Origin: a virus | Lineage: Duplodnaviria > Caudoviricetes | DNA length: 64,000 nucleotides | Virus record (IMG/VR): IMGVR_UViG_3300036045_000523 | Coordinates: 2,117-66,116 of that record | Strand: one strand, 5' to 3' | In this document: piece by piece, positions 38,464 through 48,724 of the stretch | How the letters are laid out: each line of letters begins with the position of its first letter | Position numbering within the stretch: the first letter of the stretch is position 1 | Translations under genes and position numbers: made by a program | The notes under the pieces: model-generated | Told to the model about the DNA's origin: nothing | What the model saw: only the letters and a program-made list of their open reading frames with translations | The model's database searches: none

Positions 38464-38791
38464 AACTGGGCATACAAAAGCTTTGAAACACCTCTAATAG
38501 CACCGCCCTTGTTTCTACTGGGAGCGATCGCAATTCTAAAGACGTTGGCATTGATTCACGATCACCCCATTTAATAATTAATCTCGCAATACTGCGCTCA
38601 TCCATTTCTCTATTAGTTATCTTTCCCTGCTGTACTGAAGACTGTAATATCTCATATGCGTCTAAATCCTCTGCTGTGACTTGACGGAGAGCGATCGCTA
38701 TCCGCTCTCCGTCAAAGTCTTTAATATTTAAAAGTAGAATTTGGTCTTCGCTCAATAGCTTGTAAGTTATTTTTGTTTTGGGGAATTGCAT
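38438..38791 (-). CDS. Tail assembly chaperone
   Basis: LRQVTAEDL...L..LP..; lies downstream of the tube gene. Confidence 0.55.
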   Translation of the reverse strand: MQFPKTKITYKLLSEDQILLLNIKDFDGERIAIALRQVTAEDLDAYEILQSSVQQGKITNREMDERSIARLIIKWGDRESMPTSLELRSLPVETRAVLLEVFQSFCMPSYEIVAAEE

Positions 38792-39077
38792 GAGGTATTG
38801 GCAAATAATAAGGGCGATATTTTTTGTAGCTCAAGTCGCATGATATCAACGACTTTGCAACAAGGATGGAACAAACGTATCTAAACGTTGCGTGTACGTC
38901 GTAATACAAAAGAGAATTTATCTGTTTTACATTTAATTCACATTCTAGAGATATTGAAAGAAACTGCCTTCGCTCTTCTTCAGTAGCTTTGCGCCCAAAG
39001 TCGCGGTTACTTTTAGGGACTGGCGTCTTTAAGATTAGCCATCGCAATTCAATTAATATTTTATTTAGTTGCATACA

Positions 39078-39485
39078 TCACACTTCTCTTATTCCTTCAA
39101 AGGTGATATTCAGGATTAATTTTGCGGCTGAGTTTGAAAGCTTGTCAAATTCTCCATATGTTGACCCACCATATCTTACCCCCGTCAAATGGGTGATTAT
39201 ACCGCCTAAAATATGCGTGGCTGTTATTCCTGCTGGGTTTGCTTGCCATTGCTTCTTAAATGCATTAAACCGCGTTTTCTGTGTTTTATCTAATAATGCT
39301 TCAATTGTTATATCCTCATACTCTATTTGACCTACTAGTTTAGAATTTTTGCCTGTATTTGGATTGAAATATGGGTCGCCGAAAACAGGCTTTTCCGCGA
39401 TCGCGCTGCATCTGTCAAACACAATATCGGATAAACCCTCTAATTCAAATTTTCCGTCTGATACTGGTATCGCGTTAACTGCCAT
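39078..39485 (-). CDS. Tail tube protein
   Basis: Follows the sheath; G..EYEDITI...GEFDK.S..A. Confidence 0.7.
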   Translation of the reverse strand: MAVNAIPVSDGKFELEGLSDIVFDRCSAIAEKPVFGDPYFNPNTGKNSKLVGQIEYEDITIEALLDKTQKTRFNAFKKQWQANPAGITATHILGGIITHLTGVRYGGSTYGEFDKLSNSAAKLILNITFEGIREV

Positions 39486-39491
39486 AACTTA

Positions 39492-40697
39492 TTAAGTGGG
39501 TAATACATCAACTACAAAAACGCCGATTTCGATCTGCTCAACGTGTTCCACAAAACGAGCATAAATCTTTTTCTGTATTTTTTTTAAGTTGCGAGCAACA
39601 GGCACATTTGGGGTAGTTGGCCCAGAAGGTTGTCCTTGTTGTTGCTGTTGAGTTTGGGGGTCAGCCTGGATAACTACATCCTCAATCCTAAATCCATCTT
39701 CTGGCGTCTCACCACTTAACCCGCCCTCTAACCATAAGTTAGTCATTAAAGAAATAATTAGCCTATCAACCTCTCGGTTAGTCCTACCTTGCGGATCGGT
39801 AGATGCAAAAAGAATTGGTACGAGCGCATTCTCTAGCCTTTGACTGGCGACACTAACAGCCATGCGAGTATTGATTAAACTAAATTTGGTGTCTGTGCTT
39901 AATGTTTTTGCCCCCCATAAACACGTGCCATACTTTGGAATCTTCTGTAATACATTAATTTGCTTTGCTTTCAAGTCGTTGTAATCGGTAATGTTGTCCA
40001 CATAACTGACTAAGTTCTTAATTCCTAGTACTGGATATTTTGCCCCCGCTGGTGGACTATACGCCTCAGTGCGATCGCGCTTTATCGCGATCGCACCAGC
40101 CGCTACAGCCACAGGCACATTCTTGTTTTCGTTGTCTGTTATCGCTCCATAGTATATAGAACTGTGACCTTGAGCGGAGGAATAGAGATCACGTTCAGCG
40201 ATCGCTTTCGCTTTCGTATCTGTATCGTTTGCCGTGTTTACGAAGTAGAGCCAGTCAAACTTCTCACACATTGACTGAATAGCAGAATATATCGCTGTCC
40301 GATCTGCCTGTAAGGTAAAAGTTCCTTGTTCGGGACATAAGCTAACACTTAGCTCTAAATCTGTTCTTAAACTAAGTAGCGCAATTCCTTTAAGTAAATG
40401 CCCCAACCGAGCAGCTGCGTCATTGCCTGATACTACTGAATCATTGCAGGCATAACATTGTAATTGCCCTTCTGGGTTGTTCAGCAAAAACAACTTTACC
40501 GATTGCAAAACAATTTCGGGAGCAGTGGGGTACTTTGTTTGAAAGTCCGTGACACTACTTATTCCTGTAGGCTGGTTTAGCAACGCAGCCGCTGCCCCGC
40601 TTGGGGTCATTATCAACGTGCATCGACTTATCCTATCTGTTACCGTCGATTGTGTTGATGATGATTGTTCATTTATTGATATGCCGATTACAGGCAT
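39492..40697 (-). CDS. Tail sheath protein
   Basis: PPAG, INVL......CLWGAKTL, INTR, G.L.G....F. Confidence 0.9.
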   Translation of the reverse strand: MPVIGISINEQSSSTQSTVTDRISRCTLIMTPSGAAAALLNQPTGISSVTDFQTKYPTAPEIVLQSVKLFLLNNPEGQLQCYACNDSVVSGNDAAARLGHLLKGIALLSLRTDLELSVSLCPEQGTFTLQADRTAIYSAIQSMCEKFDWLYFVNTANDTDTKAKAIAERDLYSSAQGHSSIYYGAITDNENKNVPVAVAAGAIAIKRDRTEAYSPPAGAKYPVLGIKNLVSYVDNITDYNDLKAKQINVLQKIPKYGTCLWGAKTLSTDTKFSLINTRMAVSVASQRLENALVPILFASTDPQGRTNREVDRLIISLMTNLWLEGGLSGETPEDGFRIEDVVIQADPQTQQQQQGQPSGPTTPNVPVARNLKKIQKKIYARFVEHVEQIEIGVFVVDVLPT

Positions 40698-41234
40698 TTA
40701 AGCAATTTCCTTTACTACAGTTCCGGTTATTAAGTCTAAACTAGCAAACAATTGTACTTTTTGTACCTCGTACTCTTCTGCAAATGCTATTGCTCTCACC
40801 TGCTTTACACAACCAAACTGTAATTGACCCTCCCAGCGATCGCCATTCGGTCTAAACAACTCATACGACTTGAAATACATGGGACGCTTCATTATCTCCA
40901 CCTCAAACGGGAAGAACCCAAGTAACAGCCCGATTATTTGATCACATACATATTCAAGTACATCCTTTTCTCCTGGAGCATCTTGGTATCGCTTGCCCAA
41001 GGAAACATTCACAACTACATTTATATCCGCGTCTTGTGCCGTCATCGAATTTGGGTCGCTTACTCCCGATGCATTCGGTATATATATACTTATCGCCCCC
41101 ATCTCTTCCACGCTATAAACGCCCGCTTCCTTTGGTAAACAGGCAATGGGAATACCATACTCTTTTAATGCTTGCCTCAATGGATCGAGGCGATGCGCGA
41201 TCGCTAACTCTAATACCGACAACTCTAAAGCCAT
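40698..41234 (-). CDS. Tail terminator (Mu gp37-like)
   Basis: LE.AI..RL...LLG F.P pattern; upstream of the sheath. Confidence 0.55.
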   Translation of the reverse strand: MALELSVLELAIAHRLDPLRQALKEYGIPIACLPKEAGVYSVEEMGAISIYIPNASGVSDPNSMTAQDADINVVVNVSLGKRYQDAPGEKDVLEYVCDQIIGLLLGFFPFEVEIMKRPMYFKSYELFRPNGDRWEGQLQFGCVKQVRAIAFAEEYEVQKVQLFASLDLITGTVVKEIA

Positions 41235-41344
41235 TGTTTCTATGTAATTATTAAAGTACAGATATTGACACAATTATCTTTTTTTATGTATATTATTTGT
41301 ATGCCGAGTGGGTCGGCATACAGTGTCAAACAAAAAAGGTAAAT

Positions 41345-42172
41345 ATGTCAGACCGAATTATTGTACAACCTAGAGTTGTAGATGGAGTAGAATTTTACGT
41401 CAGTGAATTAACAAATGAAACTGGTATGAGTATTTCAGGATTAGCTCGATTGTGCGGAGTGGAATCGAGAGCCGTACGGATACTTTTGCAAAAGATTGAA
41501 GATGGAGAAACGGGAATAAAAAGACTACAATCCTTTTTTGGCAAGGCTTTTAATAGGGAATTGATGCCTGACAACATCGGTGTTGAAGCGCGTATAGTGA
41601 GAAGCGAAGTATGTGCAGCAATTATTGGTTACTACGCAGTTGAAAGTAAAGCGAAAAATGGTATTGCTTTGCACACTTTTGATAAATTTGCGGCAAAAGG
41701 TATTGACGCATGGATTAAAGAAGTAACGGGGGCTGCACAAAGGCAGAATAATCAGGCTTTAATGGGAGCAATGCAGGAAATCTTAGGCCAGTTAACTCAG
41801 CTAAACGCAAAGGTTGAAAAACTAGAGGCGACTGCCATGAAATACGAAAACATTCGAGCTACTACAATTACAAACTTTCCACGCCTCGATGAAATGCTTG
41901 AAAATTTTACGAAAACTGAACATCGCATACTGCCACAATCTGACGACGAGTTGACCTTAACACAATGGTTGGCAAGTAAAGGAATTACTTTTGATCCTAA
42001 CGTAAAGATGCGGTTTGGCAACCTAGTATCGGCTACCTATCGAACATTAACAGGTGAGCCACCTAGAAAAGCTCGGTGTAAGGACAAGAATGGTAATTAT
42101 ACAGAAAAGCAAAACGTTTACAAACCTTGCCATTATCCAATTCTTGAAGTTGCCCTTAAGCAAATGTTTTAA
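41345..42172 (+). CDS. Phage antirepressor/regulatory-like protein
   Basis: TGMSISGLARLCGV; inserted against the orientation of the tail operon. Confidence 0.6.
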   Translation: MSDRIIVQPRVVDGVEFYVSELTNETGMSISGLARLCGVESRAVRILLQKIEDGETGIKRLQSFFGKAFNRELMPDNIGVEARIVRSEVCAAIIGYYAVESKAKNGIALHTFDKFAAKGIDAWIKEVTGAAQRQNNQALMGAMQEILGQLTQLNAKVEKLEATAMKYENIRATTITNFPRLDEMLENFTKTEHRILPQSDDELTLTQWLASKGITFDPNVKMRFGNLVSATYRTLTGEPPRKARCKDKNGNYTEKQNVYKPCHYPILEVALKQMF

Positions 42173-42175
42173 ATT

Positions 42176-42604
42176 CTAGAGGTGCAAGTATCTTTGAAAT
42201 ATTTGATTAATTGCCTGAATGTCTGTCTGTGAGAACCCTAAAAAAGGTCGCGCAGGCAGATTTCTGTTTTGTACCCCAAACTGGTGATAGATACCATATT
42301 CTACGTTAGTTCCTACCTCCCATGTATCGGCATTTTTCGGGTAATGCGTGATTGAATTTATTAGTATTCCTTTCTCTCGAAGGATTGACCCTGATTTCTT
42401 CATCGCCCATGTTGCTGGTTTCAAATCTTGCCACTTACGTCCATCAGGGTCAGTTTCCCTAACAAAGTTTTTCTTTGTACTAGCTTCTTGATAAATCGCT
42501 GCTTCTCTTAGCGCTGGGGTTAGATTTAGCCCCCTCATACGCAGCGCCATCGCTTGTATTGCGCTATAATTAAACGTCACCGATACTTCCATTTTTTTGG
42601 TCAA
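42176..42604 (-). CDS. Virion morphogenesis protein (Mu gpG-like)
   Basis: DPDG.KW..L...IL...G.L..SI...VGTNV.YG.YHQFG...PARPFLG. Confidence 0.9.
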   Translation of the reverse strand: MTKKMEVSVTFNYSAIQAMALRMRGLNLTPALREAAIYQEASTKKNFVRETDPDGRKWQDLKPATWAMKKSGSILREKGILINSITHYPKNADTWEVGTNVEYGIYHQFGVQNRNLPARPFLGFSQTDIQAINQIFQRYLHL

Positions 42605-43461
42605 AGTCCTGCTTTCAATCCGGTTTCTTGTCCAGCTACTTTGGTGAAGACGCGCCCCCAGCCTGACTCTTTATTGCCGCGATCGCCCCAAATTGCCCTC
42701 ATTGTTTCAAGAGAATAAATATCATATGCTCCAGCATTGCCGCCGATGACGTTGTAGCTGTTGGCGCTACCGGATCGGCTTCCATAGGGGTCGTGTACCC
42801 AAAAGAATTTTCTTTCTGGGTTGTAGCCAACGACGAGGATGATGTGTCCACTAGATTTGTAAGATACGCCTATTGGCACAGGGATTTGAGCTTCTAAACA
42901 ATCAATCAGGTCTGCAATTGACAGTGTTAGAGAAAAGTAGCTATCAACACCAAACTCACGTAAAGCCTTAGTATGAGCATCATGATAAATCGTGTCACCA
43001 TATTTTTTAAGCACCTTGGCGTAAACGCTTTCTCCTTCACGATACCCACCCAATGACGCTCTAGTATCTAAGTCTTTTTGTCCATATCTTTTAAGTAAAT
43101 AATCTAATGCCATCGCGTTAGAGGTTAAATTGCATTGCCTATACCCAGTTCCAAATAAATTAGTTGAATTATCAATCTGGTTCCTATATTTAATGCCAAG
43201 TTTTATTTCTCTTGGCATTACTTCAAGAGGTATAAACCAGTGTGGTTCATAAATAAACCCTTCTTTGATTTCAGCCCCATCCTTTGTTTTTAATGGCACA
43301 TTTAACCGTATTCTAGCGTGCTGATGTTTATCATCTTTTACTGACTGTACGGTAAGTATACTGTTATCTGCGACAAGGGCAATTTCGTTACCTTCTAAAT
43401 CCTCAGAATCCACGTTTCTGGCTTTGAATATCGTATTCTTTAAAGCTTTAATAGTTCCCAT
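42601..43461 (-). CDS. Peptidase C39-like protein, probable endolysin
   Basis: Q.DN...RQCNLTSNAM...GHIILVVGY...VHDPYG. Confidence 0.8.
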   Translation of the reverse strand: MGTIKALKNTIFKARNVDSEDLEGNEIALVADNSILTVQSVKDDKHQHARIRLNVPLKTKDGAEIKEGFIYEPHWFIPLEVMPREIKLGIKYRNQIDNSTNLFGTGYRQCNLTSNAMALDYLLKRYGQKDLDTRASLGGYREGESVYAKVLKKYGDTIYHDAHTKALREFGVDSYFSLTLSIADLIDCLEAQIPVPIGVSYKSSGHIILVVGYNPERKFFWVHDPYGSRSGSANSYNVIGGNAGAYDIYSLETMRAIWGDRGNKESGWGRVFTKVAGQETGLKAGL

Positions 43462-43901
43462 TACACTCCTCCTTTTACTCTATAAGTTACTAACAATAGA
43501 TATTTTTCGCCTAATATTTTAGGGATTAATTTAATTGAAGATTGGGCAAGCGATCGCAAATTACAAATACACCTTTTCCCCTTTATCTCTCCCACCCCTA
43601 CATCACTCGGTTGTATTCGCGGGTCAAGCGTACCATCCCCGTCAACAATTACGCCATAGTATAGTTCATCTAACTGAGCAACTTCGTACTCTCTTCTGAG
43701 GTTGGGATTGGTAGAACTTAATTTGAAGGTGTGCGCGATCGCCTCCCCCTCACTCTTTATATTGCCTCGTCCATCAGTTATAGAAACACCGTTTTGCGAG
43801 CCACTGCGTTGCGCGGGTTCCCCGCGTTGTAGCACGTGGCGTACTTTAAAAGTGAAGGTTGCTTGAAGAAATATGTCATTGGCAAACGGCGAATTAAACA
43901 T
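43461..43901 (-). CDS. Putative head-closure protein with an in-frame repeat
   Basis: Position in the head operon; contains RHVLQRGEPAQRSG. Confidence 0.55.
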   Translation of the reverse strand: MFNSPFANDIFLQATFTFKVRHVLQRGEPAQRSGSQNGVSITDGRGNIKSEGEAIAHTFKLSSTNPNLRREYEVAQLDELYYGVIVDGDGTLDPRIQPSDVGVGEIKGKRCICNLRSLAQSSIKLIPKILGEKYLLLVTYRVKGGV

Positions 43902-44334
43902 TACTTTGCTCTAACTCAAAAATACGATCCGCCACCATATCCTTAATAGAAGTTCTAGGGTCTGACTCCCACTCTTTCAGTATTTTTATATCGGTTTCAG
44001 CTTTAATTATTGGCTCGGCAAGTTTAACGGAAAGCGATCGCACATCCTTTGTTTCTACCTTGGTACTTTCCCCCGTTGTAGCACGTGGCGTCGATTCTCC
44101 AAAAGATAATATTTTATTTGTTATTAACGTTTCTGCATCAACATGGCTCTTAATTAATTCAATGGCGCGATCGCTTACCTCATTTGCACCATCTCTTAAT
44201 TCTACTTGCCATGTTTCGTATATCTGTTTTGTGCGATCGCTCTCTTCAGGATTAACTAATACTTGCCCAGAAAGATAATAAATTGCTGTTTTGGGCAAGT
44301 TAAAGTTAACAGCATCAAAATACACTACTGGCAT
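43894..44334 (-). CDS. Hypothetical head-region protein
   Basis: Follows the capsid gene. Confidence 0.6.
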   Translation of the reverse strand: MPVVYFDAVNFNLPKTAIYYLSGQVLVNPEESDRTKQIYETWQVELRDGANEVSDRAIELIKSHVDAETLITNKILSFGESTPRATTGESTKVETKDVRSLSVKLAEPIIKAETDIKILKEWESDPRTSIKDMVADRIFELEQSNV

Positions 44335-45281
44335 TAGTTCACCTTCACTACATCAATGTACCGACAATCTTGAGGATAATCAAATATTGCTGGGGTAATA
44401 CAGCTAAACATAGGATAAATACGCCGCAATCCATCTACTCGAATAAACTCTTCTGGCGCTAATTCAGCTACATCATTCTCGATATGGCGATGCACAACTG
44501 TCTCAGTTCTCGGATAGAGCATTATCCGATCTTTGCCAGTTGTCCGTCCTGGTATAGTTCCAACCGCATCTAATGCGGTTGACGATGCCTCTCTAACTTT
44601 CTGAATCTCTAAGTCTGGATACTGCTCTACAAGCGCTTGCATAACAGTTTTAGTCCCGTTCACATTGTAAAGACTCAAGATTTTTTTTCTAAAGTTTGGC
44701 GGTACTAAAAGCTGTGTCGGGTCTTCAGTGACAAAGTTATCTGTCAGCGTCTCAATGGTCGCAATGACAAAATCTAATGCTGTTATAAATGTCGCCGTGT
44801 TCAAGTCAAAAGACGAATTTGTCACAGGCACGATCGCATTAGTTAAGAAGCCTGGAAAGTTTAGGTTTTGCGCGTTGTACCCTAATGCAGTTGCCCGATT
44901 CGTCCGCATAGCAATCACCTTACGGGCTGCCTGCATTCGTCGTTCAAACCGGTTCACATTAGTCGTTGTGCCATTTGTAGGACGAAAATCATAAGCTCGC
45001 ATCTCTTGCAAAGATAGCGGGAACCCAGAAGCCATCATGAAAATCGGATAGCGATCATCGTCTACCGATATGTCTACAATCGGGATATTTGTAGTCGCAT
45101 CGCTTACAAGATCGGCATCCCCCCACTCACTAAAACGGTCGTAAGTGATTTCTCTTGCCCCCGCCTGTAAATCAGTAAGAGTTGGAATTAAATCGCCATT
45201 CTCAAAGAATAAAGTTTCATACCGAGGTTCTAAAACTCTCGGTAAGACTTGTGTTAAATCATTAAATAAAAAACTTGGCAT
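44334..45281 (-). CDS. Major capsid protein (DUF2184/HK97 fold)
   Basis: L.QV...V.E..Y, GA...TY....G.A, IP.VD, GFL. Confidence 0.8.
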   Translation of the reverse strand: MPSFLFNDLTQVLPRVLEPRYETLFFENGDLIPTLTDLQAGAREITYDRFSEWGDADLVSDATTNIPIVDISVDDDRYPIFMMASGFPLSLQEMRAYDFRPTNGTTTNVNRFERRMQAARKVIAMRTNRATALGYNAQNLNFPGFLTNAIVPVTNSSFDLNTATFITALDFVIATIETLTDNFVTEDPTQLLVPPNFRKKILSLYNVNGTKTVMQALVEQYPDLEIQKVREASSTALDAVGTIPGRTTGKDRIMLYPRTETVVHRHIENDVAELAPEEFIRVDGLRRIYPMFSCITPAIFDYPQDCRYIDVVKVN

Positions 45282-45282
45282 T

Positions 45283-45834
45283 TTAGTTAGGCATTCTTAA
45301 CTCTAGTAAACCTGTTCCTAAGGTATTCGCCGCGATCGCTCCAGATGAACGATACCATCTTGCATATGTCAGTTGTATTGCCCTTTCATTTGGGCTAGTA
45401 CCATCTGAATCTTTGCGAAATGTTCCGGCTAGTGCGGCTGTATTTGTTGTACTATCAATAACCTGCCAAAATACTGGGTCTGATTCTGCCACCTGCTGAG
45501 ATAAAGGCACAGCTATGACAACACCTGGCCCCGACCCGCGAATTACAGGCACTACCTCTTTAGCTGGTATCCCATCATATCCCTGTGTAGTGACAGAATA
45601 ACCTGTTCGCCTTTCATAAATATCAGCATTCCGGACAACACCATAAAACAAATCTGTTTTTGCTGTTGGTATTTTTATTATTCCATCTGCGCCCCCTTTT
45701 GCAACCCCAAACCCAAAAGGATAGATCCTATTCTCCCCTGGCTTAAACCCCCATATCTGAGCATTATCCAGCGTCGCAATTTCGCCCCAAGGAACTGGCT
45801 TATCAATTGGCAATATATAATCCAATACAGGCAT
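45283..45834 (-). CDS. Capsid decoration/cement protein
   Basis: PFGFGV, V.V.RG...V, GTFR; lies between protease and capsid genes. Confidence 0.7.
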   Translation of the reverse strand: MPVLDYILPIDKPVPWGEIATLDNAQIWGFKPGENRIYPFGFGVAKGGADGIIKIPTAKTDLFYGVVRNADIYERRTGYSVTTQGYDGIPAKEVVPVIRGSGPGVVIAVPLSQQVAESDPVFWQVIDSTTNTAALAGTFRKDSDGTSPNERAIQLTYARWYRSSGAIAANTLGTGLLELRMPN

Positions 45835-46964
45835 TATTCAATAACTCCTTTCTTTTTGTAAGCATTGCGATAGCGATCGCGTACCTTTTTCATAATTGGG
45901 TCTTCCTCTTGTTGAGGCTTTGCGTCAGCCTTGTTTAATTGGTCAAAGAGAGCGTCTACACGGTTTATGCTATCGTCTACTTCCTTGTCACTGCTAGGTT
46001 TTAACCCCTCCCACACGCCCATAATGAAAGCTGAATCTTTCCCGTCAAGATTTACGTGAGGATGCTTGGCTTTTAAGTATAGTTTTTGTATCTCAGTAGC
46101 TTGCAACTTATAATCTGGCTGGAAGTCTTTATTATCTTTTCGCAACTCCGGAAGAACCAGCACCCAAGTATCTAAACGTTGCGTTATCTGGAGAGCGATC
46201 GCTTCCTCTGTCATTTTGTTGGACTCAGCCTCATCTAGCCGAGTCTTTACCCCAGTAAGTTCGCCCTCTATTTTGGATTTATCAGTGATCGCAATGTCGT
46301 ATCTAGATTGCAATGCAGTTATTTCCGTAGCTAAATTTTCGTCCTCGATGTCAAATTTACGGTTATTTAGATTTACTGTTTTCATATCCTTTTTTATATA
46401 GAAATATTCCTTCTCTGCACCAGCTATTTCATTAGAGTCAGTACGGATTGCTATAGCTTGTCCTCCCCTACCTTCCCCTGGTGGAATCAAGGCGAGGTGA
46501 TCGTAAGAGCGCCCCTGCTGCAAAAAGATTCCATCCTCACGAGGCTGTAATCGTTGGATTGAATAGCCTGGGCTGACTTCTGCATATTTCCCGGAAGCGA
46601 TCGCACGATCAATAATCTCTACCCCCCTATGGTCATCGACAACCACGGGCATGATTAACTGTGCGTCTTCTCGAAGAAAAGTATTAAAAGTGTGCCCAAC
46701 CAATAGCCCTTCTCGATTATTATCGTATCTGCCCGTTTTTGGATGCCCTAACAACAAGGGGATGGCGCGGGCAGTTAATAACGAGTTGTCGTTAAATAAT
46801 TCATCTTCCGCTACGGTTTCGGTTCTGTTTTTCCAGCCCTTTCCATCCCAGTGGTAATAAGGTAAAGGATGATTCGCTTTTCCTAGCACAGCGTGAGCCA
46901 AGTAGCGATCGCCACTTAACTTTTCCCACTGTAAAGGTTGCCGTGCATCAATCCTTAATTGCAT
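45834..46964 (-). CDS. Prohead protease/scaffold (DUF2213-like)
   Basis: P...GHP, EVSPGY, Q....YDHLA....GRGG, followed by a coiled scaffold. Confidence 0.85.
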   Translation of the reverse strand: MQLRIDARQPLQWEKLSGDRYLAHAVLGKANHPLPYYHWDGKGWKNRTETVAEDELFNDNSLLTARAIPLLLGHPKTGRYDNNREGLLVGHTFNTFLREDAQLIMPVVVDDHRGVEIIDRAIASGKYAEVSPGYSIQRLQPREDGIFLQQGRSYDHLALIPPGEGRGGQAIAIRTDSNEIAGAEKEYFYIKKDMKTVNLNNRKFDIEDENLATEITALQSRYDIAITDKSKIEGELTGVKTRLDEAESNKMTEEAIALQITQRLDTWVLVLPELRKDNKDFQPDYKLQATEIQKLYLKAKHPHVNLDGKDSAFIMGVWEGLKPSSDKEVDDSINRVDALFDQLNKADAKPQQEEDPIMKKVRDRYRNAYKKKGVIE

Positions 46965-47036
46965 ATACACCACGATACAGTAATGACTTATATTCTGTCG
47001 TGGTAACAACAACTCAAGTTGTGACTTATTTCAATT

Positions 47037-47501
47037 TTAAGGAATTAATTGTTTTTCATTTACCTGTACTAACGTCAGGTCAATTTTGCAGCTGAGTAGT
47101 TGACCTGAAGAAGTCCAATTGTTTTCAGTGCGATCAAATTTAACCATAACGCAAGGAGAAAGCGATCGCTCACCCCACTGCCAGAATAAAACAGGTGGTG
47201 AGCCATTTTCTGGTATCAACAAAGAAGAAAGTCGCTCAACATAATTAGTTATATTGCGATCATTTCCGTAAAGTGGAAAGTTCATAGAAACCGCCCAGCC
47301 TGAATATGAGGAAAACTGAAGTATAGGTATAGAACCACTTGCCCCACTTGGCTGGTAGCTCGATGAATGACTCCATTGTAATTCAGTTGGTTGTAACAAG
47401 AATTCCCATACTTCTTTCCCGTCCAAACGAGCAATTAAAGCGTAATTACCGCTTGTAGTTGATACTGTACGAGGCAAAGTATTATATATTTTAATATTCA
47501 C
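47037..47501 (-). CDS. Tail tube initiator / contractile-system baseplate protein
   Basis: F...P..L....S.Y, PPVL..QWG, W...G......L.L. Confidence 0.65.
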   Translation of the reverse strand: MNIKIYNTLPRTVSTTSGNYALIARLDGKEVWEFLLQPTELQWSHSSSYQPSGASGSIPILQFSSYSGWAVSMNFPLYGNDRNITNYVERLSSLLIPENGSPPVLFWQWGERSLSPCVMVKFDRTENNWTSSGQLLSCKIDLTLVQVNEKQLIP

Positions 47502-48724
47502 GGTCTGGACATCTTAATATATGCTCCCACATTGTAAGTTAAGGTAGGATAAGATGCCGATGTCGTAGTATTGGTTGGCGATCGCTTACAAGATAGCTCA
47601 AACGCAAAACTCCAAGCATTGCCAGGTATCCAAAGGTTGGCAAAATTATTTAACATTCGTCGATTAACCTGCGCCGACATACCTCTTATTTCTTCCTGGA
47701 AATCTGTCAAATTGTTATAAGCCCCTGTCCCTGATAACCAGGATAATCGCGGGACTATATAAGGTTCTTGGTTAGCTGCGATTGCTGCACCTGCTCTTAT
47801 AATTCCAAATGCTTGTAGGACTTGTATTCTAGACGTTGCTACTCCATAAAAAGGTATTGCTTTTTCTGCTCTTGCCATCGCTATGTTGTGTGCTGTAGTA
47901 GTTTGTATATTCGGTGTTGCCGACCAGTTTCCGAAATCGAGCAACATTGGTGGGGTCATCCATAAATTCTGAGTTGCATTCCAAGTCCATGGCTGTGGAT
48001 AAATAGCATTTGGCTCAAACCAAACCATTCCGTCTGTTTTTTCTAATGGTTCCGTGTTACTTACAATAGCTGTAAGCTTTGTCTCTAAAATTGTTTGCAG
48101 GTTCGTTATTTGAGCGATCGCATGGTTATGTGGTAATGGCGATCGCGTATCGCTTAATCTTATGTCATCGCCAGCACAAACTGTGTTGCTCGTCGTTCCA
48201 ATATTTAATACAGCGCTATTTCCTAGTCCAGTAATTTGAGCTACTGGAAGATTTTGAGTTGCTAGCTCAATTGTGATTTTGTAACTACTCCATGTAGATG
48301 TTGTGCTTACGTTATCGTCGTCAATTCCCACACCACCACCCGATGCTGCTGGTTCCCAACCTCCAATTATTGCCGTAGGCATAACCGGGTTGCCATCCAC
48401 CCAGGCATCAATATCATAATCCTCGTCTGTTCCCCCTGTGAAAGGAAGAAGGTAACGTTGTTTCAAATCTTCTGCAAGTTGCTTAATTTTTGCCAACTCC
48501 TGAACTGTCACTCGATCAGCACCGCAAACAAATTCAATTTTTGAAGACGATATTTCTACAAAGCAGGATTCAATACCGAGGGCTACTTTTAAAGGTTCTT
48601 CTTCAATTTCTAGAACTTGAAATAATCCGTCGCGGAAAGATGTAAACTCTGGGTACGCCATCGATGCAGCCGCGATCGCTTCTATTAATTTTCTCAAGGT
48701 GGGAAGTTTCCTGTTAATATCCAA
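47498..48724 (-). CDS. Tail fibre-like protein
   Basis: IDD..ST.STWSS.KI, GLG.SA..N.GT, H.H.I.QI..L. Confidence 0.65.
   Translation of the reverse strand: MDINRKLPTLRKLIEAIAAASMAYPEFTSFRDGLFQVLEIEEEPLKVALGIESCFVEISSSKIEFVCGADRVTVQELAKIKQLAEDLKQRYLLPFTGGTDEDYDIDAWVDGNPVMPTAIIGGWEPAASGGGVGIDDDNVSTTSTWSSYKITIELATQNLPVAQITGLGNSAVLNIGTTSNTVCAGDDIRLSDTRSPLPHNHAIAQITNLQTILETKLTAIVSNTEPLEKTDGMVWFEPNAIYPQPWTWNATQNLWMTPPMLLDFGNWSATPNIQTTTAHNIAMARAEKAIPFYGVATSRIQVLQAFGIIRAGAAIAANQEPYIVPRLSWLSGTGAYNNLTDFQEEIRGMSAQVNRRMLNNFANLWIPGNAWSFAFELSCKRSPTNTTTSASYPTLTYNVGAYIKMSRP

Noticed and set aside
38269-38791. Programmed -1 frameshift between the tail chaperones
   Set aside because: The downstream ORF is in the +1 frame, has its own ATG, and no clear slippery heptamer is visible.
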